DNA of 64,000 bases from Microthyrium microscopicum. Its lineage: Eukaryota. The stretch is taken from assembly GCA_010405405.1 (NCBI GenBank), contig MU004240.1, positions 448,316-512,315 of the forward strand, read 5' to 3'. Shown here in pieces: positions 13,102 to 25,677 of this stretch (positions are counted from its first letter, which is position 1; each line of letters starts with the position of its first letter). The notes below the pieces were generated by a model. It did no database searches. It was given only the letters and a program-made list of their open reading frames with translations, and was not told the DNA's origin. Made by a program: the position numbers and the translations under genes.

Positions 13102-14745
13102 TATGAGGGAAGATCACAACCGGATGGCTCGGTTTTTGGATATACAAGTTATGGCTTCGATGAAGAATCTGCGAGTCGATTGGTCTCTTGGGGAAGTTTA
13201 AAGGTAAACAGGTGTATGATTGACGCGAGGAGTTCTAGTGTTGTCAGACGTCAGTGAGGGCGCGGACATTGGAGGGTAATGGGTCTTACGCAACCTATGC
13301 GCTTGTCTTCATAAAGATCTTACAGGTATTGTGAGTCTTGTCATACTCAGAAGATGAGTCCTTGGAAGTTTGAGTTGCTGTGTTATGTGATGTACTTGAA
13401 GAGAGAGAATGCTCTCACCTCTTAGCTATACTGTGCCTAGAGCTGTGACGGCGCCAATATCAAAATACTGATGAGGCTGCACAGACATCCGAAGTTAGCC
13501 GATGGCCACGTGCCTACGGGCCGAATTCATAAACCCCTGTAGTGCTCTTTTCTACTTCAATGTTCTTCGAAGACTTTTCCCAAGACAGGTTCCATCAGAT
13601 TTCTTCGCAATCAATTCCACATTCTAGATATTGTTGACCCACTGCGCCTTGCTCCCTGAATTGGCGTCAGTACATTGTCAAGGCATGTCCTATCAACGAC
13701 AGTGAGGCCAAGCACGTTGGAGGAACTCGAGAGTACCGGACGTCTTGTTCGAAAAAGTCCATCCAAGATCGGGTATCGTATATCACGATCAGCAAAGTAC
13801 AAGTATTCACGTTGCTATTCTTTGCGATCGCGGCAAGTTGCACGCATGGATGTACATTGCTTGTTCGATGCCATCCTGAGCTTTCGGCCCGCGTAGATCT
13901 CCTGCATTCAATACTTGAAGGACGTTTACCCTAAGAGCAACCTGCCTGAACACTTATGTCCCCTCCCAGCTTTTTTACTCGAACGAAAGCTAATTCTATC
14001 TATCCTAGGAGATTAGCGAAGTACTGATTCGGCTGCCTTATCGCTCATCAGCTTGTACTTTTCAAAGCATACTATTTTTAGACTAAGAAGCTTATCATAT
14101 TGAGATTGATATTGAGTCAGTCGTAATCGTTTACCGAGCATGTGCTAAACTTGATCCCAGCATGGTGGTATATTCCATCTCATGCAACCTCTCCCGATCC
14201 GCAGTGTCGGAGAATGAACCAGAAGCGATACAATCTTAGCACATCACCCTATATAACTTTCAAGCCACACTCGGAAATCCCTGGTGCCAAGCCAAAAATC
14301 TACGTATTAATTTGGTTGCTAGACTGAGAGACAAATAACTAACGTTGTCAAGAAGCTGGCAAAACCTACTGCTCAATGTAAAGTTGACTAGGTCTCTCAT
14401 TTCGATAGTGGTTTTCTCGGAAAAACCTAAATCGAACGTCGATTTTGGTCCAACAGTTTCTTCAGAACAAATTTTACATTCTACGCCCACATAATCTTTC
14501 CCTCTTGCTAAAACTGCTCATCCCAAATCAACGTTTGTTCTAAAAATAGATGACCTTTAACAAAAAATCCACTGAAGAACACTTGCGGTCTTTATGTGGC
14601 TTTAATACTTCAGGCATCCATGGATGGGAAATCATTGAAACATTTAATCGCCAGCGAGACCCTAGCTTTCATCCATTAGGAGCACCCATAGAATTTTCAA
14701 TGAAAGCTTTTTTTGCTAGCAAAATGTGCATGATGCCAAGTGATA

Positions 14746-15180
14746 CAGTGCTATTGGGGTTGTGGTATCCCCCCCCCTGAAAATACGAAATGTCTACTCA
14801 AAGCTTGATTGGAGGGCGCCTAAAAGCAAAGCATAGACAACTTTCAAAGCCCACCCTTTTCGTTCTCTTTCTTCTTACTATGAGATATTCTATCTTAAAG
14901 TCATGGTTATATTAGAAAAAGATAAGAGCATAGACTCAAAGAGAGCTTTTTAGCTATTCAGAAATACCTCTTTTCTTGATCTTATCTATATTTAAGGTAA
15001 TTATATCGTTAAGTAAAGAAAGTAGTTTCTAGGAAGGATGGTTTAAAGAGGCTTATTCTTACACTTTACGGGGTGCTTCCTAAAAATCTACTAAGGAAAG
15101 CGTTCGAATTCTGTCCAATAGAACCCACAAGATCTGAATTCATATTTTTGGGGGGGGATACCACAACCCCAATAGCACTG
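14746..15180. mobile_element. Non-autonomous Tc1/mariner-type DNA transposon (MITE), 435 bp
   Basis: Perfect 31-bp terminal inverted repeats CAGTGCTATTGGGGTTGTGGTATCCCCCCCC. TA on both sides (14744-45, 15181-82). AT-rich interior without a long ORF. Confidence 0.93.
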
Positions 15181-17368
15181 TATGATCAAAGGCGCATCAT
15201 AAAGTCAATACCGTTAGCCAGGCTTTGACATTAAATATCTCAATTCACTTCCTTTAACCTAGATCGCCATAATACACTGATCACTTGTAAAATTGGATTC
15301 GAAGACGCCGAGATCTGTCAGTTTGTAACTTTCGTAGCCATACATACAATCGAACGCCCAAAAGTCATTCAGTGGCGATCTGCCGGTATCTGAGCGAGAA
15401 AACCTCCGTGCAGGGCAGGGTTCAAGTAAACCTACGGTTTATAAAACGGAGATTGGTCGTTTCGATAATGGCTAAATATCCATGAGGTGACATCTCGCAT
15501 CCAGTACTTAGTAGATGGTAGGTTACAGGAGTACTCAACTTCAAGTTTGGCCCAATGCGGCTACGGTGACGCCACTTTTCCTCTGTCTTTTGTCACCTGT
15601 TTGTGATACTATCACGACACCCCTTCTCTAGACTTACACTCTCTAGTCTACAAGCTGCGGCATGATAGAAAGTCCTCATACAAGGTCTCAATTGACTAAG
15701 CAAAGCAACTGGAGGCATAACACCAGTAACGACACTAACGACCACGCAACTACGACTAATTCGTCGAGGTTGAGAATACCTAGTATTGCCAATATCTGCG
15801 GTCGACTTTGCTTGTTGAGCTGCTGTACACGATAGATCATCTTCACCTTTCAGCGTGCGGCATCTTTCAAGACAGCCTCGGAGCTTCCGAAAAGGATTTA
15901 GTGGACCAAAGAAAGAGTTCATCCAAGAGGCTTCATCCCGTCCGTTGACAGGACCCACCTAATTGTGGGCGCGATAGTCGTCAACCCTGCAACAAGATTG
16001 AGGCATTGAACCTGGTTCAACGGGCTAGGTATTTCCATGCTTAACCACATACGAATTGCGCACTTCTAACTCACGGTCAGATATCCGGAACGTTGGGCCG
16101 CAGCTTATCAAGCCGTCAGACATTAGTACTAGCCTACTTCCCAAGACATGTACCTGTAACCTGGGTAGGTACTTCCTTAGGTAAAAGGTACTTCGGTCCT
16201 TCTTTTTGTTCGGTATCAACGCACTGGAATAGGAGATATCTCCTAGCCGTGCAAGCTCGCACTAGCCCTCTGCCCTTAGATCAGCGAACATTTGGAGCCA
16301 TTCTGGTTTGTCCTGTCGTTCTTTATGTGCTCCCCTCACTGATATACTCAACTCCGAACTCTAGGAGTTGAGTATAGGTACCAGCTCACGGTTCAAGGTA
16401 GTTCAAGACCGCTTTGACCCGAGAAATTAAGCATATATCGCCCTTCCTTTTTCTAAAATACTCGAGGATTCTATTTCATTAAAGCCTAGGCTTTCTCGGG
16501 AAGCAAGGATATGTTGGGCCTCCACGAGTGGAACAAAACTCTCAGTACTAACTATTGCTTCTTTCCCCAGCTTCCTCACCCGGATCTGCGCATAATCAAT
16601 AAAGCAGAGGATTCACCGCACGGGATACGATACGAGCCCTGAACAATACTTAATATAATCCAGCGCTGTCAATCGATGCATTTCAGTTGTGCGCCGACGC
16701 ATTGTTTTTGTGTAAAAGACAAAAAGGTTCGCTACCGAATTCATTGGCCATTTTCATATGCACGCAATAGCTGTTACAATATGCAGATCTCGCTTATGCT
16801 AGTTTAGATTTTGCAGCTGCCGTAGTGACGCAGTAACGCATTGTCTTGACTGGTGCCTTTCAACATCGGTCAACCTTACTCTTCGTCAAACTTTGAGATC
16901 ATCTTCTCGCATGACAGACCAAGTTGGTCAAGCGAGTTGGGATTTCCAATTTCCATCTTACTACCTATAACAAGTGGATACGTAAGTTACCCAGGTTCAT
17001 TGTTCTCTACTTTCAGTTTATATTCGTTGTCTGAGCACTGGATGGTTCGTGGGATCAATATGCACGTAGCCTTGTCTGAACGCCACTGCATTGTCAGGGA
17101 TACACTCACACCGTCTTCCTTTCACAATTAGTACAGTAGTACTTGCTCCTCTCTCACCAAAGCTTCAGCCAAGTCAAGCGAGATATGGGTCAACTACCAA
17201 TCTGTATTGCGTTGCCATTACTATAGATCGAGGTGCTCCTACCTACACGATTTATATTCAGCCTGCTCCTTCTTTGCTTGCCATCTGCCATGTCCATTTT
17301 TGTCTCGTCTTCCCTAGCCAGTCCTAGTACTTCCTCCTGGAATCTTTTTGTTTTGTTTTTCAGCTACC

Positions 17369-17659
17369 ATGGACGTTAACGAGAACCAAGAGATCGACGC
17401 CTCAACTTTGACGATACAAAAGGCGCTCGAAATTGCACGAAATTCAGATATAGAAGTCGATCCGCTTGTTCTAGATTACCTTGAACGAAAATTCGACGAG
17501 GTCTGGGCACGCATCGAAGCTGAGCCGGAAAGTTATTTGCTTACCAAGGACGAGTTTGCGTTGTTCAACTATCTTCGCTCACGCGCAACGTCAACCGCAC
17601 TAGCAAAAGCAGCTATCCGGCGATTTTGGGACAATTATACCGGCGCAAGCAGCTCCTAG
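17369..17659 (+). CDS. Small (96 aa) hypothetical helical protein
   Basis: Intronless ORF with good start context (accATGg): MDVNENQEIDASTLTIQKALEIARNS...YLLTKDEFALFNYLR...AIRRFWDNY. Confidence 0.75.
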   Translation: MDVNENQEIDASTLTIQKALEIARNSDIEVDPLVLDYLERKFDEVWARIEAEPESYLLTKDEFALFNYLRSRATSTALAKAAIRRFWDNYTGASSS

Positions 17660-18068
17660 TAGGGCAGCATCACCTCGGTCATCTTATTGACGGTTGCACA
17701 TTGGCGGTAAGTTTTGGATCATGACCTAAATCGAAACTTTTTCAAACTTTGAACGTGGCCCTGGAGCAGTCCCTCCGTCTGAAAATGAAGGGTCCAAGAA
17801 TCTTCCACTTACAAGATCAATAGTTGTACTACTAAGCTCCGAAAAGCAGCTTGCACAATATACCAAATACCTTCTCGGTATCGTAATCCAGACGAAACTG
17901 CTACAAATCGGAGCCCAGACCACGGGACGCATCAACAATCCAGACTGCTAAGGAACCCCCATTATCTGACATCGCACTAACTCGGACCACTTGGTGCTAA
18001 GATACAACTGGGATATTTTTTTACCGCCCAATCAACAAATTGGTGGCTTCGTTACTCTTAGCTCTATC

Positions 18069-20471
18069 ATGCGATCAACGTGTAAGTCCCTCCCGTGGTT
18101 CCGATTATGACAAAATACCTTGTGGTTACCGTAGCACTTCACGTTTGCCACTACCGCTGAATGAGGTGGGAAGTACTGCCAGAAGCTCATATGAGCTTTT
18201 CAACATGTGTTGGCTTCGACAAAGTGTCATGTTCTTACACTAACGTTCTCAGGGGCTTGCCTATCATGGCAGGCAATCCCTCTGCTCATGAGTATATTGA
18301 GTTTCATATCTCTAGTATCAGCAATTGGCTATGGAGATAGACGAATTTCAGCCATTGAGTCTTCGAGCTCCGCGGTTGTAAAACCTCTAGATGTCATAGA
18401 GGTTACTGCACCTATAAATGTCCCTGCTGTTGCGAACTGCACAGTTCAATTAATGCAGTATACATTTGGCTGGAGTTATGGAAAACCCTTTGTTGGTAAG
18501 TATATACCTAGGTAGATACAAGATTTGGTAGCTTCTAACAAGATCCGAAGGGTCATATTCACCACCTCAATGCGACTTCAATCGGGTCACGATAACCTTC
18601 CAAGCTACTTCTGTTGGACGCCAATTTGACAGGTAAATGATCACAAGACTGAGAGATGACTTCTTGTGCTAATTGAAAATAGACTTGCTCTTATGTGTGC
18701 GTAAATTCGGTTGCATATCAAAGCGAACACTAACCGTCCTGTAGATCTTGGAGACACTGAAGTTTGGCGAACCTCAACTGCCGAACCTAATGCTAATGGG
18801 ATCATCTGGACTTACACTAAAGATGTCTCCAACTTTCTTCCATTATGGAAACAACCTCAAAAAGTCATTTTCGACCTTGGAAATATTGTCGACAGCAAAT
18901 ATACTGGAAGCTATAATACAACACTCACAGCAACTTTCTTCACATCCCCAACCAAAAATCAACCGGCCGACCTAATTTTGCCTGTGTCAAAGAAACAGAG
19001 CTCTAATAACCAATCTAGTGCATTCGCTATACCTCAGGATGGACCTGCCAGAACTGTTATGACTTTACCTAGAAACGCTCGCCGAGCAATTTTCACCATA
19101 TCAGCTTGTGGTCAGGCGGATGAAGAGTTTTGGTGGTCCAATGTACCACAATCAAGTACAAAAACATTTGCTATTGCCGGAACCACCATGCTAGGATATT
19201 CTCCATTTCGCGAGCTGCAGCTTCTAGTTGATGGACAGCTTGCCGGTATTGCCTGGCCTTTCCCGGTGATCTTTACGGGTGGAGTTGTTCCTACATTCTG
19301 GAGACCAATCGTTGGAATTGATACATACGATCTCAAGGAGGATGAAATAGACATTACACCCTGGCTCCCGGTCCTCAGTGATGGCAAAGATCATACTTTC
19401 GAGATTCGTGTTATGGGCGTTAATGATACGGATGCAGGAAATGTAGTCCTCTCACCGCCTGGAAGCAATTGGGTCGTCACAGGCAAAGTATTTGTCTGGC
19501 TTGATCGAGCCGGCACTATCACAACCGGGCAGCCGCCCAAAGTCCAGGCCTCGGAGCCCAAGATCACAATAGATCAAGCCATTGCAAGGTCTCCGCAAGG
19601 ATTCAACGTCTCGTTATCCTACAAAGTTACCGCTTCACGCGATTTTAGTGTTGATGGAAGTGTCACAACTTCTGAAGGCACAAAGCCTGCCAGCTGGAAA
19701 CAAACATATAATTTCTCCAATATCGGTTCGGCAGCAAACTTGGGAAATAATCAAACCAATGTTCAGGTTACCAATGGACTGGACATTTCCGCGGGCGGTT
19801 ATTCTAGGACAATTGCGTATCCACTTCGAGTCTTTTCGGCAGCCAATATTGATGTTACCAATAATTCCATGACTTTATCCGGGAGATTTACCAGAGGAAA
19901 GGAAGTTATGGTGCTAGGAAACAGTGCAACGCCTTCGGCACTAGATAACTTTGGCACTGGACCTGACGCAAAGGGGACATTCATGAACACGACTCAAGAG
20001 GGTGAAGCATATTACCAGACGATCGGAAATACCACGAAAGGTAGTGCAGTAACAGAGCAAGTCTACATATTCAGCAGCGAAAAGGGAGATACGCAGAACG
20101 TTGTCCAGCCTCCAAAGGCTGGTGAACGAGAACAACTTTACTCCCGGCATGTTCTGGCTAAAAATGGACTTATTACAAGGGATGAAGTTATTCAAATCGT
20201 CTCTAGCAATTCACCAGAAGGATTGATTGGACTCACTCCAATCGTTCCTACTCCGGCCCTTCCGTCAGCTCCAACTACAACAGCCTTCGCCCCCGTTCGC
20301 TTTGAATCTAGTCAGATGGTTGTTATACCCCTGGGAAAGGATGATATGGAAAGCTTCTTTGGACGGAAATATCGCTTTTTAGCCGACAAAGCATCATTTC
20401 CAACAACTCAAAGATTAGTTACGGCATGGAAGCGAGCAATTGGTGGTGACCATGTTAGGAGGCAGATATAG
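18069..20471 (+). CDS. Secreted peptide-N4-(N-acetyl-beta-glucosaminyl)asparagine amidase A (PNGase A)
   Basis: Spliced model (introns 18082-18252, 18496-18550, 18633-18682, 18697-18744) gives a signal peptide, FGWSYGKPF, GRQFDRLALMYLGDTEVWRTSTAEP, ADEEFWWSNV, SPFRE and WPFPVIFTGG. Confidence 0.92.
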
Positions 20472-20700
20472 CTAATTTTCCTCTTTGTTCAGATTTAGCG
20501 GCTATTTGGATCTGGAATGTATGTATATAATTATGAGGCAAATGGCGCGGATCGCGACCTTGCATTCCTGGCTCCCGCAACAACGCGCCCTATCTACAGA
20601 TATCTATTGTGATACTACTCGCAATGTCAAGCTAGGCGTGCTTGCTGACCTTCAGTTTCAACATCCTCGTCTAATATTTGCGACTGTCACTCATTTCATC

Positions 20701-22519
20701 ATGCGTTCTTTTTCAACTTTATCTGGCGTCTTCGTCTCAGCATTACTACTCTTGTTTGCACCTGCTTTGATCTCTGCCTCTGGAGTTTATGCACACAAAA
20801 ACCAAATACAACCACTGGTGAAGAAACAGCTAGGTGACCCAGCTAACAATCCGGCTGAAATACAAGTAAGTTGACTACGTGATTCCACGATTATGAGCTC
20901 TAACACAAATCAAGTTTTCCGAATACGTTTGCACCACGAATGATCCTACAAGCAATTCTTGTATCAGTGACCTGTAAGCTTGAATCTTGACTACAGCCCG
21001 TGGAATTCTCAGACTGACTCATGTTACTATATAGAGAGGGCGATATAATCACACAAGCTCGAGGTTACTGCATTGCATCAGACACCGCGTTGTTGAACTG
21101 TCAAGCGCAGTTCCCTCCAATAGACTGTAGCAGTGCGCAAGCGACGTATACCAACTGTAGACAGTGCACGTTAGTATACTACCCTTCTGATATCAAGATG
21201 TTATCTCACCAATGGACACAGATTAGACGAGTTTGAGAAGTGCTACTTGACTAGTACATGGACAAGCGAGCCTTCTTTGAACAATTGCGCCGCTTTCGCA
21301 TTATCTCAGGATCCTCCATGCCCAGGACCGCATAACTATATGCCGTACGAATCAGCTCCCGTCTCTTCCGTTTCATCCACAGCAGCAGGTTCACCATCGC
21401 CATCGCCATTGCCTTCTCCTGCCGCAGCTTCATCGTCCGACACTGCTACATCAAGCAGCTCAGCACCATCGAGCTCCGGAACAATAAGTGTATTTGGCGA
21501 TTGCGGAGCAGCGACAGACGAAATCTGCGCAGGAAGTATCTACGGTCAATGTTGCTCTACTTTTGGCTTCTGGTAAGACATCATTCACACCAGCGTAGAT
21601 ACAGCACACTAACAAGACTCAGCGGAGATACGATTGAGTATTGCGGCGATGGATGCCAACCAGAATATGGAGACTGTGATCCCGTCGCATCTTCTTCGTC
21701 CGTGGCCGATCCTTCACCGAGTCCGAGCGATTCACCCAGTCCCTCTCCACCGGCTGCTTCACCGAGTCCAAGCGATTCACCTAGTCCCTCTCCACCGGTT
21801 CCTGCACCAAGTCCAAGCGAGTCGCCCAGTACTTCTCCACCAGCTCCATCGCCAAGTCCAAGCGAGTCGCCAAATCCCTCTCCGCCAGCTGTAAGCTCGT
21901 CGCCCAGTCCCTCTCCGCCAGTTGTGAGTTCGTCACCTAGCCCATCTCCGCCAGCTGGGAGCTCGTCACCGCTGGCCCCCAGCTCGTCTCCCGAGGCCGT
22001 GAGCTCTTCACCTTTAGCTCCAAGTCCAAGTCCAAGCCCATCGCCAGTGGACCCCAGCCCCAGTATACAGCAAGCAAGCAGCAGCAGTTCATCGTCATTG
22101 CCGCCTATCTATTCCAACCCGATTGATCCCAATGGACATTGTGGTGGACCTCAGAACTACACATGGTATGAGACCTCCCGGCACATCATAGTATGCAACC
22201 CGAACTAACGTCGTTATAGCCTTGGAAGCTCATTTGGAGAATGCTGCAGTCAATATAATATTTGGTAAGCATCATCCATCAAATAAATGAACAGCCACTA
22301 ACAATGTATAGCGGATCAACAGAGCCGTGGTGCGGTACAGGCTGCCAGCCAGCTCTGGGAATGTGCTGGAGACTTGAATCGGCATCCAGCTCCATTATCA
22401 CGAGCACCAGCTTGTCCACCGTGATAGCGGACCCCGGTTCGGGTAGCACTTCTAGTTCTGCGGCACCACTTGCGACTTGCTCGCCCGTACTACATAAACG
22501 AGTTTATCGAGTCGAATAA
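20701..22519 (+). CDS. Secreted non-catalytic chitin-binding protein: signal peptide, 10-Cys N-terminal domain, two hevein/CBM18 modules, Ser/Pro linker
   Basis: Seven exons (introns 20866-20914, 20974-21034, 21170-21221, 21573-21622, 22166-22219, 22265-22311). Modules GDCG...C...[28 protein letters not shown] and GHCGG...C...GECCSQYNICGSTEPWCGTGCQPALGMC. Confidence 0.88.
21700..22070 (+). repeat. Coding tandem repeats encoding an extensin-like (SPSPS)n linker
   Basis: Recurrent ccgagtccaagcgattcacc / cccagtccctctccaccg units. Confidence 0.85.
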
Positions 22520-23119
22520 ACGTGTACTGGCACTCAAGAATAAGGATCCATGGGGTTGTAGATTGAAATACGGTGAAGCTTTTGGGTAAGAAATATCGTT
22601 TTGGTGGCATTTGTGATTTTTGAAACGTATGGGAGGGTAATATAAGTAGAAATTCAATTCTGGTTTCCAACGATACTTCATGGAAAAAAGTGATATTTGT
22701 CAGTCCGTCTGCCATGATAAAATAAGGGTTGCCACATCGGCCTTGCTGGCTCCCATATGCCGTGTTAGTTCATTGAGTGCTCTCCTTGCCATAGAAAGCG
22801 TTCAGATGCGGATGAGTGATCGAGTGCAATGGGAAAAACAATATCTCTTGTTGAGTAACGCTGATGGTAGCCTTCGTCATTGATAGGAGACTGTCCGCTT
22901 ATAACATCCACTTGCATGTCCGTTGATGGCTATAAGGCTGACGTCCAGCCTTATTGTCGGGCCGTGCCTAGCGTTGTTGCCATTACAAGAACAGCAGGTA
23001 CCCGTCTCCACCTGCTACTTCCCCACCAACTACAATAACAATTGCTTCAAGTTCTTTCCTCTAATAGAAACACTCTCCATCTCATCATCAAACTAAACCT
23101 TCTACAAACGATCCTCAAC

Positions 23120-24223
23120 ATGGCGAAGAAGAAGGGAAGCAAGAATGCCAATCTCAAAAAAGGTACGCTCATCCAATATCTCTCAATCGATGAACATTTG
23201 GACGAATCACCCCAGCGTTTGCCTCATACACCTTCCAGCAGAATTCTTCGTCTCTCATCTAACAATCGTTAGACTCAACTCGGGCTCCAAGTGCTCAACA
23301 GGGTGGCCGTGAAAACCTCACCATCACACGCACCGCCGCGGACATGGCCAACGACATGGAACCCAATATCGCGCCCAAGGCCGGCTGGTCATACACACCC
23401 GAACGCGAAGGCGTTGCCGATATGCCACAGAGCCTCCGCCGAGCGCGTCAGGCAGCTGCCAACCCCCCTCAAGACAGCAAACTCAAGCCGGCCCGCGAAT
23501 TTGACGAGAACGAAATGATTACGGTCGCCAATGACTTTCAGACGAAGGCTGATGAGGAGTTTGAGGACGTCTTGTTGACGGAGATGGAGAAGGATCGACC
23601 ACGATTTTACTTCACGGAGGAGGTAATTGGGGTAAGATATTCCTGTCAAATCGCAGTCTATGGGGACATTTGAGATATACGAGAGCTAGTGGTGGCTGCT
23701 AGCGCACTCGATGGCGCCCGGAGAAGGCGTTTTCTTATCGAGTGTTATGGCTCCCATCAGAGGCGATAAATTTTGATCGTAATTTTATACTGACGATTTC
23801 TAGGAGGAGAAGGGGAATGGAGGGCAGAATTATCAAGTCAAATTACTCGAAGCGTTGATCGAACAGCTTCGCGAGGTTTGGGTGCCACGTTGGCATGCGG
23901 TTTGTGAGCGTGGAAACATCGAGCCTGATGCGAAATTGCAAGCCGAGTTCGACGAGCAATGGAAGGCGTTCAACATGAAGGGGTTCCGCGACGAGGCGAA
24001 GCAAGACGCACTGAAGCGCAAGCTCGCGAAGGAGCAAGTGAAAGGATTGCTACAGCGAATATTTGAGGAAGTAGCACGATTGGAGGGCGAAGAGCAGAAA
24101 AAGCAGTACGAAAGCGCTTTGGAAGCAGCGAAGACGGAGATCCTAAACAAGAAGTTGAGTTCGGTAGACATTTCTGAGCCGGGCTACGACGATGACGAAG
24201 CAGAGGACATGATTGATTTTTGA
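23120..24223 (+). CDS. Hypothetical charged, coiled-coil-like protein (orphan)
   Basis: Three exons joined in frame by introns 23163-23272 and 23632-23803, both with canonical signals. Lys-rich start MAKKKGSK and acidic tail. Confidence 0.7.
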
Positions 24224-24354
24224 GTTGTGCAGCGCACATGTATGGGCTCTCACCAGACCGAAGAATCAATCAAGTGCTATGGAAAATACAAGATCTCTTC
24301 TTCAGTAGCATTGATGGGAGCCATCAATGCGGATGGAGCGTGGAACTTATTCGA

Positions 24355-25317
24355 TCACCCCGTTGATGCACTACTGTTCGCAGTAGCAGCATCCGCAGAT
24401 TTACATAGTAGTTCTATCTGCTTCACACTCATGTCCGCAATCTGTCGTCTATTCAATTCCCATATAACCTTGGCCGCAGCCTGAAGTAGACAATCTGCTA
24501 AATCATCTCTTTTCTTGGGGGTATCTTCGCCTTTCGCAAATCTCTTTCCAGTCGCAAAAAAATTCATCATCGGATGAGCCTGAACTCCAAACTGTAAATC
24601 AATCTCTTCTGGGAGTTTCTCTTTGCTGATCCACGACTTGACGAGATTAATTTTCAGCTTCTTAGTATCCGCCATGACTTTTTCCTCGTTCTTGACAGCT
24701 TTATCGACCGGAACCCAAAACTTTGTCGTACGCGCTGGGTCTACAGCACTTGTTTGTATTTTGAACTCATTGTATTCGTTGTGTGTCGCCAATATGCTCC
24801 AAAGCATGGACTCGAGCTTGTTGACTCTTACAGTCCACTCTTGTATCATCGGCTGTCCACCTGTTCTGAAACGTTGCTTCTCGATGAGAATATGCGTAGG
24901 TCTCAGCGGTAGGAAGACATTCTTGACTAGGTCGAGGGCCGTCTTGGAGAAGTTGGACGGACTGTATAAATCGAAGGGATCTTCATTCGACTCTTCTGCC
25001 TTGTTCGTTTCGGGAAAAAGGGGTCCGCTGGCCCAAGTTGCGACGAGAAAACTCGGTTTGGTTGTCTTTGTGTCTGGATGGATATTTACTTTGGTGAGAC
25101 AGTAGCCCAAATTCTTGATGCCCATATCAACGCTCAGGATGCGAGCTCTTTCCACGCCATCTTTATCCTTCCCAAGGACCAGCCTAGGACGGACGAGTTC
25201 ATGGTTCAGACGACGGAGTTGTTCGTTCTTTTTACCACCAACGATGGCGCCGATGCGTTTGAGGAGGAAGGCTATGTGACTCTGCTTAAGGTGAGATAGG
25301 TCCTTCAAAGCAGACAT
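24355..25317 (-). CDS. CCE1: Mitochondrial Holliday-junction resolvase Cce1/Ydc2 with N-terminal SAP-like motif
   Basis: ILSVDMGIKNLGYC, HILIEKQRFRTGG, EWTVRVNKLESML and KRDDLADCLLQA RuvC-like catalytic motifs. Confidence 0.92.
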   Translation of the reverse strand: MSALKDLSHLKQSHIAFLLKRIGAIVGGKKNEQLRRLNHELVRPRLVLGKDKDGVERARILSVDMGIKNLGYCLTKVNIHPDTKTTKPSFLVATWASGPLFPETNKAEESNEDPFDLYSPSNFSKTALDLVKNVFLPLRPTHILIEKQRFRTGGQPMIQEWTVRVNKLESMLWSILATHNEYNEFKIQTSAVDPARTTKFWVPVDKAVKNEEKVMADTKKLKINLVKSWISKEKLPEEIDLQFGVQAHPMMNFFATGKRFAKGEDTPKKRDDLADCLLQAAAKVIWELNRRQIADMSVKQIELLCKSADAATANSSASTG

Positions 25318-25677
25318 TTGAGGACAGCATGGATATGACCAAGGAATGGGCCGATTAGTAGATCGTTGACGCGTGATTCGTGATCGGATGCAGCATTGCA
25401 GTTGGATGGATCAGGATGGTGTATGGAAAAAGACGCGCTAAGACAAGAAAAAAGTGACAGGGATAGGCGATGTGTGGCAGGGATGACATCACTCTCAGCC
25501 TTGCCAATGGATGATCCCTTCCTTCAGCCTCTCGTCCCTCTTTCCTTGCTATATCATTAGGTTTGCCATGATCCATCTGTCAATTGGATACTAGTACTAC
25601 CCATCACACCCTTCTTTATAAGTGTAATTCCCTTCTATCTCCAACCTTTCTGATTACATCCACCTGAGCCCCTCATC

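Noticed and set aside
13550..13950. Possible pseudogene fragments
   Set aside because: Short open stretches in different frames with no recognisable motif.
16380..16415. B-box-like GTTCAAGAC suggesting a tRNA or SINE
   Set aside because: No cloverleaf and no properly spaced A box.
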